Part shown: positions 32,205 through 41,406 of the stretch, piece after piece
How positions within the stretch are numbered: position 1 is the first letter of the stretch
How the letters are laid out: each line of letters begins with the position of its first letter
DNA from: an uncultured bacterium
Lineage (GTDB): Bacteria; Acidobacteriota; Thermoanaerobaculia; Multivoradales; J023
NCBI GenBank assembly: GCA_937948815.1
Contig: CALFAM010000308.1
Span: 5,817-69,816, forward strand
DNA: 64,000 nt
Direction of reading: 5' to 3'
Made by a program: the position numbers and the translations under genes
The notes under the pieces: generated by a model
Seen by the model: the letters and a program-made list of their open reading frames with translations, nothing else
What the model was told of the DNA's origin: nothing
Database searches by the model: none

Positions 32205-32981
32205 CTACTGAGCCTCCTCCGGTCGGAAGGTGATGATCACCGCCAGCGCCTGTGCGCCGGCCTTGTCCTGCGGAAGCATCAGTGTGAACTGCTTGTCGCG
32301 CCACAGGTTGAGATCGGTCTTGAACAGCTCACGGGGCGTCGGCTGGCGCGACTTGTTGGTCGAACGCGCGGAAACCGGCGGCTTCTGGACCATGCGAAAC
32401 TCGTTGAGCTTGAGCATCTCCTGAAACATGGCGCCCGGCCGGAAGCTGACCCCGTACCGGGAGCCGATCGCATAGCTGACATCCTCGCCTTCGCGGGCAC
32501 CGACCACAGCCTGCGCCAACAGCTCGTAGCTCTCCCAGCGCAGGTGATCGCGCAGCCTGCGCACCACCGCCTCGGGCGCCTGCTCGGCACCAGGCTGGTT
32601 GCTGGCACGAATCAGGTGAATGTCGAACCGGAGCCCTCGAGGTGGATGGTCGAACGAGCTGAGTGCCGCCTCGATCCGCTTCAGCACGGCACTGTGGTCG
32701 CGCATCACCAGTGTGTTGCCGCCAGGCTGGAGCTCGACGGTTCCCATGGGCGACAGCATGTCGCGCACCAGGGCGACGGCGTCGGCGGCAGGCTGATGCT
32801 CGAAGGTGTAGCCGAGCACCTTGGGGCCGACCACCTTGCCAGCACCCGGGCCCGCGTTTTGGGCGAGCAGGGGCGCGCTGCCGAACAGGCCGGCCAGCAA
32901 CAGGACCATCAGCAACCCGGCTGACACGGTGCGGTAGGACGAAAGGAGCGCTCCGGTTCGGGAGCGCTCACTCGGAAGCAT
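32205..32981 (-). CDS. Exported stand-alone secretin-N (NolW-like) domain protein
   Basis: Signal peptide; YTFEHQPAADAVALVRDMLSPMG…NTLVMRD…IEAALSSFDHPPR pattern, without a secretin barrel. Confidence 0.6.
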   Translation of the reverse strand: MLPSERSRTGALLSSYRTVSAGLLMVLLLAGLFGSAPLLAQNAGPGAGKVVGPKVLGYTFEHQPAADAVALVRDMLSPMGTVELQPGGNTLVMRDHSAVLKRIEAALSSFDHPPRGLRFDIHLIRASNQPGAEQAPEAVVRRLRDHLRWESYELLAQAVVGAREGEDVSYAIGSRYGVSFRPGAMFQEMLKLNEFRMVQKPPVSARSTNKSRQPTPRELFKTDLNLWRDKQFTLMLPQDKAGAQALAVIITFRPEEAQ

Positions 32982-33000
32982 GGTCACGAGACTGCGAGGG

Positions 33001-33621
33001 CTACACATCGAGATAGGAAGCCTCCTGTGAGCTGGGGACGAGGACGACCAGGTCGAGATCGTCGCCGGCCATCTGAATGACCTCGAAACCTTCGACATTC
33101 TCGACCAGCGGGCCCCGCTCGAGCCGCGCGGGCTCCAGGGCCGCGGCGCGAAACGCCGGGTGAGCACTGATCGTGGACTCGGGAAGTCGAGACACCCGCG
33201 CCTCCGGGGTGACGGCAGCGACGGCTGGCGGAGTCACGGCCACGGGCTGTTCGCGGAGGGTACGCACACCAAGGCTACCGCCGACCACGACGGCAGCGAC
33301 CGCCGCCGCGCGCAGCAAATGACTGTTGGCTGGCCAGCGGAAACCGTTCAGGACGGACCGCTCGGCCACCGGCTCGGGCGCGCGACCAATCGCGATCGTC
33401 TCGCCACTGACCGCACGGCTGCGACGCATGGTCGCGACCGCTTGCTTCATCGACTGGATGTCAGCGGCGCTCACCGTCACTTCCGGAAGGCGCGCAAAGG
33501 CGACGGACGGGTCGATTCGAACGGCCGACGGATAGCAAGAGGGGCATTCCGCTGCGTGGATCCGCATCGCTTCGGTCAGGTCGCGGGCGCTGTCGACGTG
33601 TTCCCAGCTCGGACAACTCAT
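33001..33621 (-). CDS. Zinc-binding anti-sigma factor (ZAS) with TM helix
   Basis: HAAECPSC (HxxxCxxC); single TM; ATGA overlap with the ECF sigma stop. Confidence 0.75.
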   Translation of the reverse strand: MSCPSWEHVDSARDLTEAMRIHAAECPSCYPSAVRIDPSVAFARLPEVTVSAADIQSMKQAVATMRRSRAVSGETIAIGRAPEPVAERSVLNGFRWPANSHLLRAAAVAAVVVGGSLGVRTLREQPVAVTPPAVAAVTPEARVSRLPESTISAHPAFRAAALEPARLERGPLVENVEGFEVIQMAGDDLDLVVLVPSSQEASYLDV

Positions 33622-34277
33622 GCGGCTCCCCCGGCGTGGTCGATTTTGGACCGCTGCGGCGCATACTCGGGGTAACGCTCCGCCACGGCCGCGCGAAGAA
33701 TCTTGCGGGCATTGAACAAGTGGTTGCGCACTGTCGACTCGCGACAGCCGACCATCTCCGCGACCTCTTTCGAGGATCGCCCTTCGACCTCCCGCAGCAA
33801 GAACACCATGCGCTGTTTCTCCGTGAGGTCAGCAGCGAGCTCTTGGAAAATCGCCAGCACTTCGCTTTCTTCGAGGCTGGCCAGGTCCGAGTCGGCGTTG
33901 CCGGCCGCGATATCGCGCAGATGGAGGCGCACCGGGTCGGCGAGGCGCTCGCGGCTGCGGCGTGAACGAAGGTGGTCGATCGAAAGATTCGAGCAGATTC
34001 GGTAGACCCAGGTGTTCGGGCTCCAGCGGTCGTCGAAGCGGGCGCGGTGTTCCCAGATCCGAAAGAACGTCACCTGGACGATGTCGCGGGCCTCTTCGAG
34101 ATCACCGACCACTCGGTAGGCAAGCTGGATCAGCGGGCCCGTCTTTCGCTCGATCAGAGCGTCGAGCGCGGCCTCGTCATCCTGGTCGCGAATGGCCCAG
34201 AGCAGCTCTCGGTCCGATTGCTCGGCGAGGGTCTCACGGTGCCGCGAAGCGGAGTAGGCGAGCGTCGGCCGGCTCAT
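33618..34277 (-). CDS. ECF RNA polymerase sigma factor (alternative start at 34511)
   Basis: EARDIVQVTF, WVYRICSNLSIDHLR, LTEKQRMVFLLREVEG…EVAEMVGC…TVRNHLFNAR. Confidence 0.9.
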   Translation of the reverse strand: MSRPTLAYSASRHRETLAEQSDRELLWAIRDQDDEAALDALIERKTGPLIQLAYRVVGDLEEARDIVQVTFFRIWEHRARFDDRWSPNTWVYRICSNLSIDHLRSRRSRERLADPVRLHLRDIAAGNADSDLASLEESEVLAIFQELAADLTEKQRMVFLLREVEGRSSKEVAEMVGCRESTVRNHLFNARKILRAAVAERYPEYAPQRSKIDHAGGAA

Positions 34278-34686
34278 GTCAGGCTCCTCGTCGGCAGACT
34301 CCCCGTCGACCCCGGCCGCGTCGAGCGCGGCAGGATCGACACTATCTGGCACGTTGCTGTCCGGCGCAGTGGCGTCCGGCGCATGGCGGGCAGGCGCGTC
34401 ACGGGCCCGGGCATCGGTGCCGAGCCCATCTTCGTGCTCGCCGGCAACGGTCTCGCTGCCAATGGGCTCAGATGTCGGGAGGTCTTGGTCATGATCATCG
34501 AATCGCGACATGATGGGTGCGCGTTCTCGAAGTCGTACGGTCGAAGGGCTCCGTACGTCTAGGCTCCGAGATCTCGTTGGTGAAGCTGGTCTCGCCCCTG
34601 CGAACCCCGCACGACCCGTCGACCGGGACGGCAACCGCTTTCCGTAAGGTTCGCCCGAACGGCTGATCAGTATACTTCGCGGCCCC

Positions 34687-35997
34687 ATGAGGATCCTCTA
34701 CCAGCTCGCCATGGGTCTTGCGCTCCTCGTCGTCGCGCCTTTTTCGCTCGCGCGCCGGGGGGCCCACTACCTGCCGACCCTCCGCCAGCGCCTGGGTGGT
34801 TATGCCGCCGTGGCGTTGCCTGGCGAGGGGGCGTTGTGGATTCACGCCGTCTCGGTCGGCGAGGTGGCCGTGGCCGCGGCTTTGGCACGAGCACTTCCGC
34901 CAGACCTACCGCTGGTGATCACGACCGTGACTCCGACCGGGCAGGATCGAGCACGGGCCGCCTTCGCGGACCGGAATGCATCGATCGCCTATTTGCCTTT
35001 CGACCTCGGCTTTGCCGTTCGCCGCTTCTTCCGGCGCTTCGAGCCCGCCGCACTCATTTTGGTCGAGGGAGACTACTGGCCCCTGATCTTGAGCACGTGC
35101 CGGCGGCGCCGAATCCCGGTCTCGGTCGTCAACGGACGCGTCGGCACCACCAGCTTCGGCCGCTGGCGCAGCCTGCGCCACTTCGGGCTGGGCAGCGCCT
35201 GGGCGCGCATTCATCGAGCGGTCAGGCTGTTCGGCGTGCAGACCGCCGGCGACCGAGAGCGCCTGGTCGCACTCGGCGCAGCAGCTGAGCGCGTGACCGT
35301 CACCGGCAACCTGAAGTTCGAATCGCCCGAACCGACGATCGACCCAGCCCTCGAGGCGCGCATTCGGGAGCTGGCGCACGGGCGACCGATCTTGGTTGCC
35401 GGTTCGACGATGCAGGGCGAAGACGAGCCGGTGCTCGAAGCTTTCATTACCGCCGGTGGCGGGGACCGGGCGCTGCTCGTGCTGGTGCCACGCCACCCGG
35501 AGCGCTGGGACAGCGTCGCCTCGCTGGTGAGCCGGCGGGGACTGCGCCTCGTACGCCGGAGCGATGGGGCGCCTCCATCCGCCGATCTGGCTGCTCCGGT
35601 CGACGTGCTGCTGCTCGACTCGGTGGGCGAGCTCGCCGGCGTCTACCGGCTCGCGGCCGCGGCTTTCGTCGGTGGCACGCTGGCCGAGACCGGCGGCCAC
35701 AATCCCCTCGAACCGGCGCGTTTTTCCGTGCCCGTGCTCGTGGGCCCTTCGATGTTCAACTTTCGCGAGATGGCGGTCGCGTTCGACACGGCCGGCGCCT
35801 GGCGCCGCGTCGCCAATGCGCAGGAGTTGGGCACGGCCTGGCGTGACCTGCTCGACCAGCCGGCTGAAGCGGCGGCGATGGGGCAGCACGGACGGAGCCT
35901 GATCGAGGCCCACCGAGGGGCCCTCGCCCGAACGAGCGAAATGCTGGCGCCGATGCTCGGCTCGTTGCCGGGCACCGCAACCCAGGAGGCGCCATGA
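34687..35997 (+). CDS. waaA: 3-deoxy-D-manno-octulosonic acid transferase
   Basis: WIHAVSVGE, TTVTPTG, YLPFD, TGNLKF, LVPRHPER, GGHNPLEPA, GPSMFNF. Confidence 0.95.
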   Translation: MRILYQLAMGLALLVVAPFSLARRGAHYLPTLRQRLGGYAAVALPGEGALWIHAVSVGEVAVAAALARALPPDLPLVITTVTPTGQDRARAAFADRNASIAYLPFDLGFAVRRFFRRFEPAALILVEGDYWPLILSTCRRRRIPVSVVNGRVGTTSFGRWRSLRHFGLGSAWARIHRAVRLFGVQTAGDRERLVALGAAAERVTVTGNLKFESPEPTIDPALEARIRELAHGRPILVAGSTMQGEDEPVLEAFITAGGGDRALLVLVPRHPERWDSVASLVSRRGLRLVRRSDGAPPSADLAAPVDVLLLDSVGELAGVYRLAAAAFVGGTLAETGGHNPLEPARFSVPVLVGPSMFNFREMAVAFDTAGAWRRVANAQELGTAWRDLLDQPAEAAAMGQHGRSLIEAHRGALARTSEMLAPMLGSLPGTATQEAP

Positions 35998-37091
35998 GTG
36001 AGATCGCCGTGACCCTGGACCCGCCGCGTCCTTCGCGATCGCCCTGGCAAGGGCTCTATCGCGCAGCGCATCGCTGGCGGCGACAGCGCGCGGCTGCGCG
36101 CGCCAAACGCCTGCCGCGTCCCGTGATCAGCATCGGCAACCTGCATTTGGGTGGTTCCGGGAAAACACCGTTGACCGCGGCAGTTGCTTCGCATCTCCTG
36201 CGCCGTGGTCTCCAGGTCGCCATCCTTTCTCGCGGCTATGGCCGGTCTGAGAGCGGCGTGCGGGTGGTGAGCCAGGGTGATGGCCCCTTGCTCGGGCCCT
36301 CCCTTGCCGGCGACGAGCCCGTGTTGCTCGCTGGCTTGGTCCCTGGGGCTGCCGTGGTGGTTGGCGCCGACCGCCACCAGGCCGGCAAGCACGCCCTGCT
36401 CCGGCTCGACCACTCCCCGGACCTCTTTCTGCTCGACGACGGCTTCTCCCACGTCAAGCTTCACCGCGACATCGACATCCTCGCCTTTCCGGTCAGCGAT
36501 CCATTCGGCGGCGGCCGCTTGCTGCCGAGTGGCAGGCTGCGCGAACCGCTCGAGTCCGCACGTTGGGCCGACGCAGCGGTGCTTACCGGCGTGCCGGAAA
36601 ACACGATCGACCTCACCCTGGGTGATCAGCTCGCCCAGGGCCTCCGCGCCTACGGCTTCAGCGGACCAGGCTTTCAGTGCGCGGCCCACACTGGACCGGC
36701 GAGCCGAGTCGATGGCACCTTGATCGCGTCGGGCAGCAAAGTCGTGCTGGTCTCGGCGATCGCGCGCCCCGATGGCTTCGAGGCGTCCGCCCTCGCAGCG
36801 GGGTTCCAGATCGCCTCTCATCTGCGCTTCCGGGACCACCATGCCTATCCCGACGCCACGCTCCAGATGATTCGGACCGCTTTCCGCACTGCCGCGGCCG
36901 ATCTGGTGCTGGTCACCGGCAAGGATCGCGTCAAGCTCCAAGGACGTCTCGACTTGCCACTGGCCGAGCTCCCTGTTCGATCCGAGCCCGAAGCCGGCTT
37001 CTTTTCCTGGCTCGATGGAAAAATCGATCATCTGGTCCAGCGGCCTGCTTGCGCGCCGGACGGTGAGCCCTTCAGCGAAGCGAGATCGTGA
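35994..37091 (+). CDS. lpxK: Tetraacyldisaccharide 4'-kinase
   Basis: VISIGNLHLGGSGKTP, ILSRGYG, GDEP, LDDGFSH, LLPSGRLREP, FRDHH. Confidence 0.93.
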   Translation: MSEIAVTLDPPRPSRSPWQGLYRAAHRWRRQRAAARAKRLPRPVISIGNLHLGGSGKTPLTAAVASHLLRRGLQVAILSRGYGRSESGVRVVSQGDGPLLGPSLAGDEPVLLAGLVPGAAVVVGADRHQAGKHALLRLDHSPDLFLLDDGFSHVKLHRDIDILAFPVSDPFGGGRLLPSGRLREPLESARWADAAVLTGVPENTIDLTLGDQLAQGLRAYGFSGPGFQCAAHTGPASRVDGTLIASGSKVVLVSAIARPDGFEASALAAGFQIASHLRFRDHHAYPDATLQMIRTAFRTAAADLVLVTGKDRVKLQGRLDLPLAELPVRSEPEAGFFSWLDGKIDHLVQRPACAPDGEPFSEARS

Positions 37092-37612
37092 CCTTTCTCC
37101 GCGCACGCTGGCTAAAGCTGGTCCAGGCGCTACGCCCTGGCGCTCGCGCGGGTCGCGGCGAGGACATCGCCCTGTGCCGTGCCATCGAGCAGCACGGCTG
37201 GGAACACGTGCACCGAGCCGACACCCGCGAGCGGGGAACCGTGCTCCTGATCGCGAGCGGCAATCGCGGCCTTGCCTTGCGCGCCGCGGAGCTCTGGTTG
37301 GCACCGGCCGATGTCGCGAAAGTCGACCACCTCGCTCCGGATGATCCGACTCGCGAAGCCCTGGTCGACGCCCTGACAGCGACCTTGGGTGAGGGCAAGC
37401 GCGTCGTCGTGACCGCTCGCACGACGCGATTGGCGACCGCGCTGACCGCCGAGCTCGCCCGCGATATCGGCTGTTCGGTTATCCCGGTTGTCGCCCGCGC
37501 CGCCGGCAAAGCTTCGACGCTGACCCTCGGCGCGCCGATCACGGCGGCACCCGACGAAGGCCATGCCGCCCTCGAAGTCCGCCTCAGATCTCACTTCGAT
37601 TCTTCGCCCTGA
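37088..37612 (+). CDS. Short, degenerate lipid A late acyltransferase (LpxL/HtrB)-like protein
   Basis: GWEHV…RGTVLLIASGN and LARDIGCSVIPV resemble LpxL blocks, but the catalytic His is absent; coupled to lpxK by GTGA. Confidence 0.45.
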   Translation: MTFLRARWLKLVQALRPGARAGRGEDIALCRAIEQHGWEHVHRADTRERGTVLLIASGNRGLALRAAELWLAPADVAKVDHLAPDDPTREALVDALTATLGEGKRVVVTARTTRLATALTAELARDIGCSVIPVVARAAGKASTLTLGAPITAAPDEGHAALEVRLRSHFDSSP

Positions 37613-37672
37613 TCACGCAACACCCACAGCCCGTGTGGCGCGCCCGACCCGGGTGATTGCGGAAGCAGAACG

Positions 37673-38182
37673 CTAGCCGACCTCGAAGAGGGCTTCGCCC
37701 CCGTCGACGGCCTGGCCTTCTTCGACCAGCACCTTCTCGATCGTGCCGTCGGCTTCAGCCTCGATCTCGTTTTCCATTTTCAGGGCTTCGAGCACGGCCA
37801 AGCTCTCACCGCGGGCGACGACCTGGCCTTCTTCGACCAGCACTTTCTTGACCACGCCCGGCATGTAGGCAGTGACGACCTTCTTCTTTGCGCCTTGGGC
37901 ACCGTGCGCCTGCTCGGCGAGGTAGGCAAGGGGGTCCATCACCGTGACCTCGCGCAGGCCGCGATAGGTCGAGACGCGGTAGCGGTCGTCCGCCAGCGGG
38001 TGGGCCGCGACTTCGTACTGCTTGCCGTCGACGATCAGGCTGCGCAGCACGCCTTTGTGCGTGGCATCGACCTCGTAGGACCGCTCGCCGACGGTGACCC
38101 GCCAGCCTCCAGAGTGGGCCTCGACTGTTGCTTCTTCCGTCCGCTCACCGCCATCGGAGCGGGTGCTCACCACCAGCTTCAT
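37673..38182 (-). CDS. Biotin carboxyl carrier protein (acyl-CoA carboxylase)
   Basis: AYMPG…VLEALKMENEI biotinyl domain; coupled to biotin carboxylase. Confidence 0.88.
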   Translation of the reverse strand: MKLVVSTRSDGGERTEEATVEAHSGGWRVTVGERSYEVDATHKGVLRSLIVDGKQYEVAAHPLADDRYRVSTYRGLREVTVMDPLAYLAEQAHGAQGAKKKVVTAYMPGVVKKVLVEEGQVVARGESLAVLEALKMENEIEAEADGTIEKVLVEEGQAVDGGEALFEVG

Positions 38183-39759
38183 GCGTTGCTCCCTGCCACG
38201 GATTCCCGGCGTGAGGCTTGCCGCCAGGCCGCTCGCGGACCCTGCGCGGCACCTGCGTTCGACACGGAGGTCGCGCTGTTCTGGCGTTCGACATGCGCGA
38301 CGATTGCCGCCACCAGCGGGAGGTCGCCATCCGAGTCATCCGCCGGTCGCCCCCAGGTGCCGTCACCGAGCTTGCGGTCGAGCATGCCGATGTCGAGCGC
38401 GCCGCTGCGAAAATCATCGTCCGCGAGAATCTGCTGAAACAGCGGGGTAGAGGTCTGGATGCCCTCGATCCGCAGCTCGACCAACGCCCGCTCGAGGCGG
38501 CGGATGGCGCACGCGCGGTCCGCGCCCCAGACGATCAGCTTGGCGATCATCGGGTCATAGTGGATGGTGATTTCACTGCCTTCGAAGGCCCCGCAATCGC
38601 AGCGCACGCCCGGACCATCAGGCCATCGGAGTGCCGAAATGCGGCCCGGCGAAGGCGCGAAGCCACGAAAGGGATCCTCGGCGTAGAGGCGTACCTCGAT
38701 GGCATGGCCGTTCGGCTCGGCAGTGCCATCGTTCCAGCTCGGTGGCAGGATGTCGGCCAGGTGCTCACCCATCGCCACCCGAAGTTGGGCGCTGACCAAG
38801 TCGACCCCGGTCACCATCTCGGTCACGGGGTGCTCGACCTGTAGCCGTGTATTCATCTCGAGAAAGAAGAACTCGCCACGCTTGTCGAGCAAAAATTCGA
38901 CGGTTCCAGCGTTGGTGTAGCCCACGGCTTCGGCCGCGCGGACCGCCGCGTCACCCATTTTGCGCCGCAGCTCCGGATCGACCACCGGCGAAGGCGCTTC
39001 TTCGAGCACTTTCTGATGGCGGCGCTGGAGCGAGCACTCGCGCTCGCCGAGCGATACGACCCGGCCATGTTGATCGCCGAGGACCTGGATCTCGACGTGG
39101 CGCGGCTCCACCACGTAACGCTCGACGTAGACCGCACCGTCTCCAAAACTCGCCTGGGCCTCCGAACGTGCGGCGCGGAAGGCGCTGGCAAGATCGCCTG
39201 GGTCGTCGACCCGGCGCATGCCCTTGCCACCACCACCGGCGGATGCCTTGATCATCACCGGGAATCCGATGCGTTCGGCTTCGGCGGCGGCGGCGGCTTC
39301 GTCGGCAACCGGATCCTGGCCACCCGGAACCACCGGAACCCCCGAGCGGATCATCAAGCGACGGCTTTCGATCTTCGAGCCCATGGCGGCAATGGCCGAC
39401 GGGGGCGGTCCGATGAACGCAATGCCCCGTGCCGCGCAGGTCTCGGCGAAGGCGCTGTTCTCGGACAGGAAGCCATAGCCCGGATGGACGGCATCGGCAC
39501 CGATCTCGACCGCCAGATCAGCGATCGCGTCAGCACGGAGGTAGGACTCGGCGGACGATGCCGGGCCAATCCGGTAGGCCTCGTCGGCCAGGTGCACGGC
39601 CAGCGCGTCGCGGTCGGCGTCGGAGTACACCACCGCGGCGGCGATTCCGTGCTCGCGAAGGCCTCGAATGATGCGCACAGCGATCTCGCCCCGGTTGGCG
39701 ACCAGCACTTTGCGGAACGAGCGGACCGAAGGTTGATCAGGATCGCGGGAGGTGCTCAT
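38179..39759 (-). CDS. accC: Biotin carboxylase subunit of acetyl/propionyl-CoA carboxylase
   Basis: KVLVANRGEIA, HPGYGFLSEN, GGGGKGMR, ERECSLQRRHQK, EMNTRLQVEH, YDPMIAKL; ATG 39759. Confidence 0.92.
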   Translation of the reverse strand: MSTSRDPDQPSVRSFRKVLVANRGEIAVRIIRGLREHGIAAAVVYSDADRDALAVHLADEAYRIGPASSAESYLRADAIADLAVEIGADAVHPGYGFLSENSAFAETCAARGIAFIGPPPSAIAAMGSKIESRRLMIRSGVPVVPGGQDPVADEAAAAAEAERIGFPVMIKASAGGGGKGMRRVDDPGDLASAFRAARSEAQASFGDGAVYVERYVVEPRHVEIQVLGDQHGRVVSLGERECSLQRRHQKVLEEAPSPVVDPELRRKMGDAAVRAAEAVGYTNAGTVEFLLDKRGEFFFLEMNTRLQVEHPVTEMVTGVDLVSAQLRVAMGEHLADILPPSWNDGTAEPNGHAIEVRLYAEDPFRGFAPSPGRISALRWPDGPGVRCDCGAFEGSEITIHYDPMIAKLIVWGADRACAIRRLERALVELRIEGIQTSTPLFQQILADDDFRSGALDIGMLDRKLGDGTWGRPADDSDGDLPLVAAIVAHVERQNSATSVSNAGAAQGPRAAWRQASRRESVAGSNA

Positions 39760-40064
39760 AGCGGCCGGATGATATCCCACCGTGGCACTCGCCTGGCCGG
39801 ATTCGCGGCGCGATGCACGCGGCCTCTCGGCGCGGTGCCGACGACTATGATGCGCCCACACGGTGCGACCCAGAACGCCCGCTTGGCCGGTACCGTGCGT
39901 TGCGAGCAACGGGTACACTCCCCACCGCGGGCACCGGCGCCGGCAGAGCGTTCCAGCCCTCGCCATGGTGGACGCTCCGAGCCCACCGCCTCGACGATCT
40001 TGTCCGCGCGCGACATCTTGGCGACCTACCCATAGACCCGTACCCAACCACCGTGAGCCCAGGC

Positions 40065-41366
40065 ATGACCCGCCGAAACCTTGGCAGAACCGACCGCGTG
40101 CTGCTTTTGCTGCTCCTCGCGCTCCACATTCTCCCGTTCGCATCGCGGCCGGCTCTGATCGGCGGCGACGAGGTGCACTATGCGCTGATGGCGAGCTCCA
40201 TGGGTATCGACGGCGACCTCTCGCTCGAAGCAGACTACGAGCGGGTGGCGGCGGGCTCGCCGGCAGCAGGCCGCAAGCATGCCGGGCAGGAGCTCGACCG
40301 GCACCTGATCGAGGTCGGCGACCGGAAGGTCTTCGCCCATCCTCTGGGCCTGCCGGCGGCCGCGGCACCCTGGATCCACATCCAGCATCGGATCGCCCCG
40401 GGTGCCGCACCGGATCTACTCCTCGCACTCCTGAGCCTCAGCGTTACCGGGCTGGCCCTGGTCGCCGCCTACCGAACCCTCGGCGGGATCTCCGGCGCCC
40501 GGCCCGGGACGGCTTTGGCCACCGTTCTTCTGATCTACTTCTCGACTCCGCTGTGGTTCTACAGCCGGACCTTCTTCACCGAGCCGTTCCTGGGTTCGAT
40601 GGCCGTGCTTGCCGGTTGCGCCCTGGTGACCGGTCGCTGGCGAACCGCGTCGTTCCTGCTCGGCGCGCTTTTCCTGCTCAAGGAAACCGCCGTCTTGCTG
40701 ATCCTTCCGCTGCTCGCGTTCACCTTGCATCGCTTCGGATTCCGGCGTGCGGCGTGTCTGTCGATCGGTCCGGTCGTCGCCTTTGCTCTGTTCTGCGCCA
40801 AGAACGCCTACGTATACGGAACACCCTTGACCACCTTCCAGCCGTTCCGGTCCGGATCGTTGCTGGACGGCCTCGTGGGTCTCGCCATCGACCCGAGCAA
40901 CGGTGTCCTCTTTTTCGCGCCGACGCTTCTCGTCGCCAGCCTCGGCTGGATTCGCGGTGCACCGCGGGATGCCGGCCTCACGCTCGCGCTTCGCTACGCG
41001 CTCTTGGCGGTCGTCGCTTGGGTGACGATGACGGCACTATGGGTGGACTGGACGGGTGGCTCCTCCTACGGCCCCCGCTTGCTGGTCCCGATCATGCCCC
41101 TCTTCGGGCTGCCCCTCTTCTCGCTCCTGCAATCGGCCACACCCGGAATGCGGCGGCTGGTCTTCGGCGCCGGGGTCGCCGGCTTTCTGGTCAGCTTCTG
41201 CGCGGCGATCGATCCCTTCCACGCTTTCTGGTCGACTCCGGTGCACACGATCGTGATCGAGCACCCGCTCGGACTGTTGCTCGGGCTGATCACCATCGGC
41301 TTCGTCTGCCGACGCCTGCAGACTAGGATCCATGCGCAGCCTGGCGCCGTACAGGTAGAACGTTGA
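40065..41366 (+). CDS. Polytopic GT-C-fold-like membrane glycosyltransferase
   Basis: GDEVHY…S…DGDL loop after TM1, STPLWFYS…FTE, W.GG.SYGPR.L.P; about 10 TM segments; start uncertain. Confidence 0.6.
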   Translation: MTRRNLGRTDRVLLLLLLALHILPFASRPALIGGDEVHYALMASSMGIDGDLSLEADYERVAAGSPAAGRKHAGQELDRHLIEVGDRKVFAHPLGLPAAAAPWIHIQHRIAPGAAPDLLLALLSLSVTGLALVAAYRTLGGISGARPGTALATVLLIYFSTPLWFYSRTFFTEPFLGSMAVLAGCALVTGRWRTASFLLGALFLLKETAVLLILPLLAFTLHRFGFRRAACLSIGPVVAFALFCAKNAYVYGTPLTTFQPFRSGSLLDGLVGLAIDPSNGVLFFAPTLLVASLGWIRGAPRDAGLTLALRYALLAVVAWVTMTALWVDWTGGSSYGPRLLVPIMPLFGLPLFSLLQSATPGMRRLVFGAGVAGFLVSFCAAIDPFHAFWSTPVHTIVIEHPLGLLLGLITIGFVCRRLQTRIHAQPGAVQVER

Positions 41367-41406
41367 GGGTGCCCAACGCCCTCCCCATCTCCGAGGAGAC
41401 CGAGCC

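Noticed and set aside
39760-40428. N-terminal extensions in the ORF track (accC from 40428, mtnA from 11821, tldD from 52473, hydrolase from 42594, ECF from 34688)
   Set aside because: Family similarity begins at downstream starts, most of which have -10 or SD signals; several extensions also overlap neighbouring genes
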